The notes under the pieces were generated by a model. It saw only the letters and a program-made list of their open reading frames with translations. It searched no databases and had not been told where the DNA came from. This document shows positions 46,048 through 55,156 of a DNA stretch of 64,000 nt, piece after piece. This DNA comes from Spirochaetia bacterium (lineage in GTDB: Bacteria; Spirochaetota; Spirochaetia; UBA9216). The stretch's first letter is position 1, and each line of letters begins with the position of its first letter. Location of the stretch: the NCBI GenBank assembly GCA_963677925.2, contig CAXXYH010000004.1, positions 2,240,001 through 2,304,000 on the forward strand, given 5' to 3'. Both the position numbers and the translations under genes were made by a program.

Positions 46048-47433
46048 GTGAAGATGTTTGATAAATACAGCATGATACTTAACAGGACAGATCCTATTAA
46101 GTATACCGGTGTTGTTGAAAGAGTTACAGGACTACTCATAGAAAGCAGCGGTCCTCAGGTAGTACTGGGGGAGCTGTGTCAGATATTAATTCCCGGTCTG
46201 GATTCTCCGGTCAGGGCCGAGGTCGTAGGCTTCAATGGAAATACAGTGCAGCTCATGCCATACGGCGAAATAGACGGGATAGAACCCGGCTGTGTTGTAG
46301 TGGCTTCCGGAAAAACACTTGAAGTTCCCGTATCGGAAAATATGCTTGGCCGTGTCATAGACAGCCTTGGGCATCCTCTGGACGACCGAGGTTCCTATGG
46401 CGCCGATACCTGGTACAATGCAACCGCAAACTCACCTAATGCAATGAAGCGGAAAGTCATAAAAGAACGGATTGTTACCGGTGTACGTGCTATAGATTTT
46501 ATGACGCCCGCAGGCAAGGGGCAGCGAATCGGCATTTTTTCGGGTTCAGGTGTAGGCAAGTCAACGCTTCTTGGAATGATTGCCCGTAATACAAATGCTG
46601 ATGTAAATGTTATCGCCCTTATAGGTGAAAGAGGCAGGGAGGTCCGCGAGTTCATAGAACGTGATCTCGGGCCCGAGGGGATGAAAAAAACTGTTCTTGT
46701 GGTTTCAACTTCAGATACCCCGCCGCTTTCAAGGCTGCGGGGTGCATATACTGCCACTACAATTGCCGAGTATTTCAGGGACAAGGGCCTTGATGTGATG
46801 CTTCTTTTTGATTCGGTCACCCGTTTTGCCCGTGCACAGCGTGAAATCGGCCTTGCTTCCGGCGAACCTCCTGCAAACAGAGGATTCCCTCCGTCGGTAT
46901 TTGAAAGGCTGCCAAAGCTGCTTGAGCGCTGCGGAACTTCTGACAGGGGAACCATTACCGGTTTCTACACAATACTTGTAGAAGGCGATGATATGGATGA
47001 ACCTATCGCAGATAATGTCAGGGGGATTCTTGACGGGCATATCGTTTTAGACAGGGGGCTTGCACAGAAATATCATTATCCCGCTATAGATGTACTTAAC
47101 TCTGTATCAAGGCTTTCAACGGTTGTTGCCCAGAAGGATGAACAGCAGGCCGCAGGCCGTATGCGACGGCTTCTTGCCGAATACAGGTCTGCTGAGGATC
47201 TAATCAGTGTCGGTGCATATGCGACCGGTTCAAATCCGGTTATCGATGAAGCCATAGACAAAATGGAATATATAAACGGATTTCTGAGGCAGGAAATTGA
47301 TGAGCAGGCGCCTATAGTTCAGACTCTAGCCCTCGCTTCCAGTATCACCGGAATGAATATTGATGCCTCTGTCTACGAAGTGCAGGAAGAACAGAATGCG
47401 CAGGAGGGAGCTGCTTTAAGTGAAAAGGTTTAA
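46048..47433 (+). CDS. fliI: Flagellar export ATPase FliI
   Basis: GSGVGKST, IGERGREV, DSVTRFARA, DGHIVL, YPAIDV. Confidence 0.96.
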   Translation: MKMFDKYSMILNRTDPIKYTGVVERVTGLLIESSGPQVVLGELCQILIPGLDSPVRAEVVGFNGNTVQLMPYGEIDGIEPGCVVVASGKTLEVPVSENMLGRVIDSLGHPLDDRGSYGADTWYNATANSPNAMKRKVIKERIVTGVRAIDFMTPAGKGQRIGIFSGSGVGKSTLLGMIARNTNADVNVIALIGERGREVREFIERDLGPEGMKKTVLVVSTSDTPPLSRLRGAYTATTIAEYFRDKGLDVMLLFDSVTRFARAQREIGLASGEPPANRGFPPSVFERLPKLLERCGTSDRGTITGFYTILVEGDDMDEPIADNVRGILDGHIVLDRGLAQKYHYPAIDVLNSVSRLSTVVAQKDEQQAAGRMRRLLAEYRSAEDLISVGAYATGSNPVIDEAIDKMEYINGFLRQEIDEQAPIVQTLALASSITGMNIDASVYEVQEEQNAQEGAALSEKV

Positions 47434-47860
47434 GTTCAACCTTGAGCGGCTGCTTAAGATTCGTGAACATGAGGAACATGAATGGGAAATAAAGCTTGGG
47501 AAAGCTGTTTCTGAATGTGTGCGCATACAATCCGAGATTGCACAGCGGCAGTCCGAGATAAGTAAAACACTGCTTACGCGCGGCAGTATAAACAATCGTG
47601 AGGAAGAACTGCTGGTTATGGAATTCTATAAACACCGGATGAGTAAGGAAGCCGGTGAGCTTCAGGATAAACTTGTCAGAGCAGAGAAGGAAAGGGATAA
47701 GGTTAAGGCCGGTTTTCTGGAAGTCTCAAAGAACAGGAAGATTCTTACCAAGCTTAAGGAAAAGCGTGAGAAGGAATACTATAAGCAGCAGCTTAAACAG
47801 GAATTTAATAATACTGATGAGATTAATAACAGCCGTGCAGCCGGGCACTATGGCCGTTAG
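47420..47860 (+). CDS. fliJ: Flagellar export protein FliJ
   Basis: MKRFKFNLERLLKIR, coiled coil, follows fliI. Confidence 0.9.
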   Translation: MKRFKFNLERLLKIREHEEHEWEIKLGKAVSECVRIQSEIAQRQSEISKTLLTRGSINNREEELLVMEFYKHRMSKEAGELQDKLVRAEKERDKVKAGFLEVSKNRKILTKLKEKREKEYYKQQLKQEFNNTDEINNSRAAGHYGR

Positions 47861-47869
47861 GAGGAAAAA

Positions 47870-48499
47870 GTGGCAAAGATATCAGCCGTAAAAACAGGTT
47901 CAAGGGTGGTTGCCCTTATACTGCTCATACTTATTTTGGTGCTCGGAGGATTTGTATGGTTTGACTTTCTCGGGCTGATAAATGCAAAAGAGCTTGTTTC
48001 TCCGCTGCTTCAGAGAGTGGGTATCAATATCGGAATACCCGATCCGGTGGAAAATGTTGAAGACACAATGCTGCTCGAAAAGGAACGCCTTGATAAGCTG
48101 GAGCAGGCTCTGGATTTAAGGGAAAGTGAACTCGATAAACGCGAAGAAGAGATTAAAACCTCTGAAGATGAGATAAAACAGATGCTGGATTCCATAAAAG
48201 AAAGGGAAACAGCTTTCGAAGAACAGGAAAAATCATTTAACGATCGTTTAAAAGCGTACGACAATAGAAATACGAACCTAAGGCAGGCAGCGGAGTATTT
48301 TGTAGGAATGCCCCCTCAGGATGCTGTCAATATGTTCCTGGAGATGGATGATCAGGATGTAATTGACATTATGAGGGCGCATCAGACAATCAGTGATGAG
48401 GCAGGTACCGCATCAATGGTTTCCTACTGGCTATCTCTTATGCCTTCCGACAGGGCGGCAGCTCTCAACAGGAAGATGTTGAAGAAACCTGAGAGCTAA
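47870..48499 (+). CDS. flbB: Periplasmic flagellar collar protein FlbB
   Basis: N-terminal TM (WFDFLG), coiled coil, GMPPQDAV...YWLSLMPSDRAA. Between fliJ and fliK as in spirochaetes. Confidence 0.82.
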   Translation: MAKISAVKTGSRVVALILLILILVLGGFVWFDFLGLINAKELVSPLLQRVGINIGIPDPVENVEDTMLLEKERLDKLEQALDLRESELDKREEEIKTSEDEIKQMLDSIKERETAFEEQEKSFNDRLKAYDNRNTNLRQAAEYFVGMPPQDAVNMFLEMDDQDVIDIMRAHQTISDEAGTASMVSYWLSLMPSDRAAALNRKMLKKPES

Positions 48500-48513
48500 T
48501 AAAATGTTGGAGG

Positions 48514-49908
48514 GTGATGTTGATTTCAGCACCTGTACAATTTAATCCGGTAGAAACAGACGCCGGGTTTGGTACGCTTAAATCCGGGCGAAGTGAACAG
48601 AATGAAAAACCTGCAGATGAATTCAGCAGGGTGTTTGATACTGTAACTGAAAGAAGTAAAAGTAAACCGCCCGGCCGGGAAGCAGAAGCGGCGGAGAATG
48701 CTGCAGACAGGGAGGCAGATACCTTACCGCCGAAAGAAGAAGCTGAAAAATCCGTTAAGGATATGAAGGCTGAAAAGGACGGAGCGGAAAAAAACGGTAC
48801 TGCTGTCAGTAAAAAAAAGACGGAAAATAAATCAGAGCGGGCAGATTCAGAAAAAAAGGAATCGGACGGTAAAAAGGTGAATGCTTCCGAGAGGAAGGCT
48901 TCAGAAGCGGATGAGAATCTCGCAGTTCTTTTTTCGGGGAAACAGATTCTTAAACCGGAAGAAACAAAAAAATCATCTGCAGAATTTGTTTCCCGCGGCA
49001 GTATCGCCAAAGGCGGTCTTAAAATCCGGACCGGCGAGGAATCAGTTAAATCACAGCTTGATGCCTTACTTAAAGATTCCGGTAAGGCTGCAGCCTCAGG
49101 CCGGATCGTTCAGTTTGTAAAATCAGACAAGGCTGATGTTGAAAAGACTGATAAAAAAAGCAGAATAAAAATCGATGCCGATGAACTGAAAACTGCAGCC
49201 GGGAAAAAGCAGGGAATAAATCCTTTATCTGCGGAGGCTGCTCCTGATGCAAAAGATTTAAAGCTTAAAAAGACCGGCAGCGGTGATGATAAGGCTAAAA
49301 TCAGAATAACCGATCACCGGAAGAATCATGATACAGCTAAACAGGTCTCAGCAGATAAAAACAGTTTTACTGAAAAGATTGATGCAAATGAAGTTAAGAC
49401 TGATTCAGCAAAGGCTGTAATAGAACTGAATGCAGAAACTGCGGAGAGAAGCACTTCCTCCGGTCCGTCATCAGTGAAGTCCAGGGCTGAAACAGTTCTC
49501 ACTCAGCTTAAGGAGGGCGTTAATGCCCAGATAGTAAAACAGGCCGGAATTGTTGTAAAAGAGAACGGAACAGGTGAAATCAAGCTTGTTATGAAGCCGG
49601 AAAGCCTTGGAAAGGTAAGAATCCAGCTTTCTCTGAACGATAATCATATAGGCGGCCGAATAATTGTCGAAAATAATACAGTAAGGCAGATTTTTGAGAG
49701 TAATCTTGAAAACCTTTACAAGGCATTCGGAACCGAAGGATTTGAAGCGGGTGCTCTTGAAGTTACGGTCGAAGGTGACGGTTCTTCAGACAGCAGGCAA
49801 TCCTCCGGAAAGGGCTCAGGCCGGCGGATTGTTCAGATGATAGAGGACAGTATTCCGGATGCGGGAATCGACAGCTGGCAGGATAATCTTGTCAACCTTG
49901 TAGTTTGA
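48514..49908 (+). CDS. fliK: Flagellar hook-length control protein FliK
   Basis: Low-complexity Lys/Glu/Ala N-terminus and C-terminal MKPESLGKVRI domain, before flgD. Confidence 0.88.
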   Translation: MMLISAPVQFNPVETDAGFGTLKSGRSEQNEKPADEFSRVFDTVTERSKSKPPGREAEAAENAADREADTLPPKEEAEKSVKDMKAEKDGAEKNGTAVSKKKTENKSERADSEKKESDGKKVNASERKASEADENLAVLFSGKQILKPEETKKSSAEFVSRGSIAKGGLKIRTGEESVKSQLDALLKDSGKAAASGRIVQFVKSDKADVEKTDKKSRIKIDADELKTAAGKKQGINPLSAEAAPDAKDLKLKKTGSGDDKAKIRITDHRKNHDTAKQVSADKNSFTEKIDANEVKTDSAKAVIELNAETAERSTSSGPSSVKSRAETVLTQLKEGVNAQIVKQAGIVVKENGTGEIKLVMKPESLGKVRIQLSLNDNHIGGRIIVENNTVRQIFESNLENLYKAFGTEGFEAGALEVTVEGDGSSDSRQSSGKGSGRRIVQMIEDSIPDAGIDSWQDNLVNLVV

Positions 49909-49923
49909 GTAAGGAGAAACTGA

Positions 49924-50355
49924 ATGGATTTTTCAGCAACAATGTCCACACAGGACAAAGCTGTTTCAGAAGCAATGGTCAACAGTCTTAATGCAGTACT
50001 TAAAACAGAGGGCGTTAAGCAGAACTCTCTCGGAAGGGATGATTTTCTGAAAATTCTCATCACCCAGCTTTCCTATCAGGATCCTACTGCTCCAATGGAA
50101 GACAAGGAATTTATCTCCCAGATGGCACAGTTTTCAAGTCTGGAACAGATGACAAACATGAGTCAGGAATTTTCCAAGCTTTCAGGATTTCTTAACAGGA
50201 ACAGTGCAATCGGGCTTATTGGACGTAATGTGACCATAGGTTCGGGTGAAAACATTATTAACGGTCTTGTTGAAGAAGTGACCGGTAATGAATATCCGCA
50301 GGTACTGGTAAACGGTAAATATTATGATTTCGATGACATACAGAGTGTAAGGTAA
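49924..50355 (+). CDS. flgD: Flagellar hook cap protein FlgD
   Basis: DDFLKILITQLSYQDPTAPM, QMAQFSSLEQM. Confidence 0.95.
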   Translation: MDFSATMSTQDKAVSEAMVNSLNAVLKTEGVKQNSLGRDDFLKILITQLSYQDPTAPMEDKEFISQMAQFSSLEQMTNMSQEFSKLSGFLNRNSAIGLIGRNVTIGSGENIINGLVEEVTGNEYPQVLVNGKYYDFDDIQSVR

Positions 50356-50370
50356 GGGGGAAGCAGCTAT

Positions 50371-51759
50371 ATGATGCGTTCATTATATTCCGGTGTATCC
50401 GGACTTCAGAATCATCAGGTTCGAATGGATGTAATTGGAAACAATATATCCAACATCAATACAACAGGTTTTAAGAAAGGCCGGGTAAATTTTCAGGATA
50501 TGCTTTCGCAGAATATGCAGGGAGCTGCACGTCCGACTGAAGAGCTCGGCGGTGTTAACCCCAAACAGGTTGGTCTTGGTATGACTGTCGCTTCAATCGA
50601 CACCATTCATACTCAGGGTTCACTTCAGTCAACCGGTGTTACAACCGACCTTGCTGTACAGGGAAACGGGTTCTTCGTAATGCGCGGAGGCGACAAGCAG
50701 TACTACACCAGAGCCGGAGCCTTCGGTGTTGATGAGGGCGGAAGCCTGGTTAACCCTTCAAACGGTATGAGAGTACAGGGCTGGATGGCCGAGACTGTTA
50801 ACGGTGAAGCCTTTATCAATACAGCGTCCGACGTAGGAGACCTTCTTATTCCTGTCGGAGGAAAAGATCCGGCAGCTGCCACTACCGAAGTCAACCTGGC
50901 CTGTAACCTTGATAAACGTCTTGAAGTTATCCCCGAAGGCGCTGGAGACGAAACAATCCGTAGAAATACTTGGACTATCGACAAGGATATCTATGACAAC
51001 TTCGGAAACGTTCACAGGATGAGAGTAAGCTTTACAAAGATCGATGGAACACAGAACAGCTGGCAGGCTAATGTTGCAATTGATCCGGATGATGAAACTG
51101 GAACCAACACTGCAATTGAGATCGGCGCAGAAAATAACACGACAAACACTTTTACAGTTAACTTCAGCAATCTCGGAACCCTTGAGTCTGTAACCGATGC
51201 CCAGGGAGATATACTTGATGCTGATGAACTTAATGTAGCAGTTTCATTTGATGTTCTGGGTGCAACCGAGCAGGAAGCCGGTATTCCAATCAGACAGACT
51301 TTCAACCTTAATCTCGGTGAAGCCGGCAGTGTCGTAAACACCGTTACTCAGTTTGCAGAAACAAGTTCAACCAAGGCTTTCAAGCAGAACGGTTACGGAA
51401 TGGGATACCTTGAAAATTTCAAGATTGACCAGAGCGGTGTGATTACCGGTGTTTATTCGAATGGAACCAACAGAGTTCTTGGACAGGTTGCCCTCGCTAC
51501 TTTTACAAACCAGGGCGGTCTTGAAAAAGCCGGTGAAACAACATTTGTAGTAACCAATAATTCAGGTGATCCCAATATCGGGCCTGTAGGCGTAGCCGGA
51601 AAGGGTAAGATAATTGCCGGGGCTCTTGAAATGAGTAATGTTGATTTGGCTGAGCAGTTTACTGACATGATTGTAACGCAGAGAGGTTTTCAGGCTAACT
51701 CGAAAACCATAACGACCTCTGATACAATGCTTCAGGAACTGCTGAACCTTAAGAGATAA
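50371..51759 (+). CDS. flgE: Flagellar hook protein FlgE
   Basis: [36 protein letters not shown]165/C178/N179/T334 present. Confidence 0.97.
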   Translation: MMRSLYSGVSGLQNHQVRMDVIGNNISNINTTGFKKGRVNFQDMLSQNMQGAARPTEELGGVNPKQVGLGMTVASIDTIHTQGSLQSTGVTTDLAVQGNGFFVMRGGDKQYYTRAGAFGVDEGGSLVNPSNGMRVQGWMAETVNGEAFINTASDVGDLLIPVGGKDPAAATTEVNLACNLDKRLEVIPEGAGDETIRRNTWTIDKDIYDNFGNVHRMRVSFTKIDGTQNSWQANVAIDPDDETGTNTAIEIGAENNTTNTFTVNFSNLGTLESVTDAQGDILDADELNVAVSFDVLGATEQEAGIPIRQTFNLNLGEAGSVVNTVTQFAETSSTKAFKQNGYGMGYLENFKIDQSGVITGVYSNGTNRVLGQVALATFTNQGGLEKAGETTFVVTNNSGDPNIGPVGVAGKGKIIAGALEMSNVDLAEQFTDMIVTQRGFQANSKTITTSDTMLQELLNLKR

Positions 51760-51777
51760 GCGGATAGACGGTAAGGT

Positions 51778-51975
51778 ATGATAGAAGTTACGAGACTTAA
51801 CGGCGAGGTCTTTTATGTGAACCCGCATCAGATTGAATATGTTACAGCTTCGCCTGATGTTACACTTATCATGCTTTCCGGTAAACGTCTGGTAATCCGG
51901 GAGGATTACCAGACTGTTTTTTCAAGAATTGTTGAATACAGAGGCCTCATCGGGGCTTTTAAGAACGAGGAGTAG
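51778..51975 (+). CDS. flbD: Flagellar protein FlbD (SwrD family)
   Basis: MIEVTRLNG...NPHQIE..SPDVTL, between flgE and motA. Confidence 0.9.
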   Translation: MIEVTRLNGEVFYVNPHQIEYVTASPDVTLIMLSGKRLVIREDYQTVFSRIVEYRGLIGAFKNEE

Positions 51976-51981
51976 ATGTAG

Positions 51982-52764
51982 ATGGATCTAGCTACAGTAG
52001 TAGGATTTGCCCTTGGCATGGGAATGATAATTTGGTCGATTCTTGGCACTGGTGTATCCATGTCAAACTTTATAGATGTCGGCTCCTTCGCAATGGTTCT
52101 CGGAGGTTCTTTCGCTGCTATCATGATTTCAAATCCGCTTCAGCGATTAATGAAACTCGGCGGTATTCTGAAAAATGTAATGAATGTGAATAACTTTGAA
52201 ATTGAAAAGATTATCACTACACTTGTCCGTTTTTCGGAAAAGGCAAGACGTGACGGTCTTCTGGCTCTTGAAGATGATCTTGAAGAGGTTGAAGATGAAT
52301 TCATGAAAAAGGGAATTCAGCTTGTTGTCGACGGTACAGATCCTGAAATTATCAGCACCATGCTGTACAGTGATCTTAATCAGCAGCAGGAACGTCATTC
52401 AGCAGGTATTAAAATATTTGAAGACTGGGGCTCTCTTGCTCCCGCATTCGGAATGATCGGTACGCTTGCCGGTCTTATCGGTATGCTGGCAAACCTTGAT
52501 GACCCGGATTCAATCGGTTCAGGTATGGCACTTGCTCTAATAACGACCATGTACGGCTCATTCTTTGCAAACCTTATTTTTATTCCGATAAAAAATAAGC
52601 TCGGTGACCGGGATGCTGAAGAAACTCTGGTAAAGGAAATCCTTATTGAAGGTATTCTTTCTATCCAGTCGGGAGATAACCCAAGAATTCTTGAATCGAA
52701 ACTTGTATCCTTTCTGCCTCCTGAGAAGCGTGAGGCTGTTCTTTCTGAGATAAATGCGGAGTAA
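51982..52764 (+). CDS. motA: Flagellar stator protein MotA
   Basis: ARRDGLLALE, APAFGMIGTL, ALITTMYG, GDNPR. Confidence 0.95.
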   Translation: MDLATVVGFALGMGMIIWSILGTGVSMSNFIDVGSFAMVLGGSFAAIMISNPLQRLMKLGGILKNVMNVNNFEIEKIITTLVRFSEKARRDGLLALEDDLEEVEDEFMKKGIQLVVDGTDPEIISTMLYSDLNQQQERHSAGIKIFEDWGSLAPAFGMIGTLAGLIGMLANLDDPDSIGSGMALALITTMYGSFFANLIFIPIKNKLGDRDAEETLVKEILIEGILSIQSGDNPRILESKLVSFLPPEKREAVLSEINAE

Positions 52765-52775
52765 AGGAGCGTAAA

Positions 52776-53504
52776 ATGGCAAGACCTCCTAAAAAAGTTA
52801 AATGTCCCCCTGCAGGTGCTCCCGAATGGATGAATACCTACGGAGACATGGTTACTCTTCTTCTCTGCTTCTTTGTTATGCTTTTTACAACTGCTACCGT
52901 GGACGGGCATGAGATGAAGCTCGTTATTGCTGCATTCAGCGGCCTTGGTCTTCTTGAGGGCGGCAACACCCTTGAATCAGGACATCTTGCCGAGCTCGGC
53001 AACACAATTGAGTCACTGCCTTCAATGCAGACGGGGCGTGCCCTGGATCAAGCCAGAAAGAAGGCTGTAAGTCAGTTTCAGTCTGAAATAAAATCAAACA
53101 AGGTCCGTGTCACCATTGATGAGCGCGGCCTTATAATAAGTCTTGCGGCCGATTCCTTTTTTGAACCGGCATCCTCGGAGATAGATATTGAAGCCGCCAG
53201 GGAAACCCTGCAGAAGGCTTCATCGCTTATCAACAGTCTTGAGGATGAGCGGAGATTCAGGATTGAAGGACATACAGATTCCCTTCCGACTGATCCTGAC
53301 GGGGAATGGCCCACAAACTGGGAATTATCTGCCGCAAGGTCTGCCAATGTTCTTCATTACATGGTAGATTTCGGTGTTGATGAGAGTAAGTTTCAAATAG
53401 CGGGTTTTGCTGATACAAAGCCCTTAGCTGATAATTCTACGGCTGAAGGCCGTGCATACAACCGACGGGTTGATATTGTAATACTTGCCGAGGGGCAATA
53501 TTAA
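52776..53504 (+). CDS. motB: Flagellar stator protein MotB
   Basis: WMNTYGDMVTLLLCFFV, EGHTD, NWELSAARS, NRRVDI. Confidence 0.95.
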   Translation: MARPPKKVKCPPAGAPEWMNTYGDMVTLLLCFFVMLFTTATVDGHEMKLVIAAFSGLGLLEGGNTLESGHLAELGNTIESLPSMQTGRALDQARKKAVSQFQSEIKSNKVRVTIDERGLIISLAADSFFEPASSEIDIEAARETLQKASSLINSLEDERRFRIEGHTDSLPTDPDGEWPTNWELSAARSANVLHYMVDFGVDESKFQIAGFADTKPLADNSTAEGRAYNRRVDIVILAEGQY

Positions 53505-53507
53505 GGC

Positions 53508-53536
53508 TTTTCACGGCAGAATTTTTCTGTTAGAAT
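53508..53536 (+). promoter_or_regulatory. Possible internal sigma70 promoter for fliL
   Basis: TTTTCA-N17-TAGAAT with extended TG. Confidence 0.45.
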
Positions 53537-53559
53537 TTCCTTAATGAACAGGAGTAATT

Positions 53560-54108
53560 ATGGGTGATGAAGATATCTATGCCGAGGAAGAGATAGCCGG
53601 CGGTGATGAACTAGAGGTAGGAGAAAAATCGAGTGCCATAAAAGAACTTCTTCCCAAGCTGCTCAAGTGGGTTGCGGTAGTTCTTGTAGCAGTTATCTTT
53701 ATTGTCACAGTTGTTTTCTTTACAATGAGAATTCTTATGCGCGGTACAACGAATCAGAGTGTGGCTGTTCAGTCACCTGAATACGCAACCGAACCTCCGG
53801 TTCTCTGGTGGTATGCACTTGATGAAATACGTACGCGTACTGCAGACAAGAATCCTTCAACTGTTATTATCAAGGCTAAACTAGGATATGAATTTGAGAA
53901 TGCCGATGTTCAGACAGACCTGATTCAGCGTTCCGAGATTATCTATGATGCAATGAGGCAGTTTCTCAGTTCCAAGACAGCAGCTGAACTGACTCCGCAG
54001 ACAGAGATGCAGCTCAAGCAGGAAATGAAGGAAAAGATAAACAGACTGTTATCTGCTGGAAAGATTCAGGAGATAGTTTTTATGTCCTACAATATATTCC
54101 AGTATTAA
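53560..54108 (+). CDS. fliL: Flagellar basal body-associated protein FliL
   Basis: Single TM, LKQEMKEKINRLL...IQEIVF, between motB and fliM. Confidence 0.88.
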   Translation: MGDEDIYAEEEIAGGDELEVGEKSSAIKELLPKLLKWVAVVLVAVIFIVTVVFFTMRILMRGTTNQSVAVQSPEYATEPPVLWWYALDEIRTRTADKNPSTVIIKAKLGYEFENADVQTDLIQRSEIIYDAMRQFLSSKTAAELTPQTEMQLKQEMKEKINRLLSAGKIQEIVFMSYNIFQY

Positions 54109-54129
54109 AATAAGGCGGAAGAGAGTCTA

Positions 54130-55155
54130 ATGAACGAAGTTTTATCACAGGATGAAATAGACCAGTTACTCACAGCTATTTCAACCGGAGATATTGAAAC
54201 AGAAGAGGTTACCCAGGCTGCGGATCAGCGGAAAATCAAGATCTATGATTTCAAACGTCCGGACAAATTTTCCAAGGACCAGATTCGAACAGTTTCAATT
54301 ATGCATGAAACTTTCGCCCGTTTGACAACAACTGCTTTATCCGCACAGCTGAGAAGTCTTGTACATGTGCATGTAGCTTCTGTAGACCAGTTGACATATG
54401 AAGAATTTATAAGATCAATTCCGAATCCTACAACACTCGGAATTATAAACATGGATCCTCTTAAAGGGTCCGCTGTGCTTGAAATAGACCCTGCAATCAC
54501 ATACTCAATAATTGACCGTCAGTTCGGTGGACAGGGTGAGGGCACAAAGATATCCAGGGACCTGTCTGATATAGAGCAGGCAGTAATGGAAGGTATTATC
54601 GTTCGTATACTTGGAAACCTGAGGGAGGCCTGGAGTCAGGTAATTGATTTGCGGCCGCGGCTTGGTCAGATTGAAACCAACCCCCAGTTCGCTCAGATAG
54701 TACCCCCGACCGAAATGGTCATTCTTGTAACACTGGAAACAAAAGTAGGTGAAGTGGAAGGCATGATGAACTTCTGTATTCCCTATCTTACCATAGAACC
54801 CATCATTTCAAAACTTTCAGCCCAGTATATGTATTCTTCAGTACGAAGCGGAGCCACTACAGAGAACCTTAATATACTGAAAGAACGACTTGCCGCTATA
54901 GAAATTCCTATAATGGCCGAAATAGGTATTATGGAGCTGATGATGCGTGACGTGCTTTCGCTTCGCAGGGGAGATATAATCAGACTTCCCAACACACGCA
55001 TCACTGATGAAATGGTGCTCAAGGTTGGTAATAAAGCAAAATTCATGTGCCGTCCGGGTGTGGTCGGAAAGAAGGTTGCGGTTCAGATTACCGACAGACT
55101 TGAGGATATTGAAAAAGATGAGTTTGAAGAACTCATAGCTGAAGGAGAGGAATAG
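54130..55155 (+). CDS. fliM: Flagellar motor switch protein FliM
   Basis: LSQDEIDQLL, YDFKRPDKFSK, ETNPQFAQI. Confidence 0.96.
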   Translation: MNEVLSQDEIDQLLTAISTGDIETEEVTQAADQRKIKIYDFKRPDKFSKDQIRTVSIMHETFARLTTTALSAQLRSLVHVHVASVDQLTYEEFIRSIPNPTTLGIINMDPLKGSAVLEIDPAITYSIIDRQFGGQGEGTKISRDLSDIEQAVMEGIIVRILGNLREAWSQVIDLRPRLGQIETNPQFAQIVPPTEMVILVTLETKVGEVEGMMNFCIPYLTIEPIISKLSAQYMYSSVRSGATTENLNILKERLAAIEIPIMAEIGIMELMMRDVLSLRRGDIIRLPNTRITDEMVLKVGNKAKFMCRPGVVGKKVAVQITDRLEDIEKDEFEELIAEGEE

Positions 55156-55156
55156 G

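Noticed and set aside
48400-48516. Sigma28 promoter upstream of fliK as in the treponemal fla operon
   Set aside because: I found no TAAA-N15-GCCGATAA-like match, and the flbB-fliK gap is only 14 nt.
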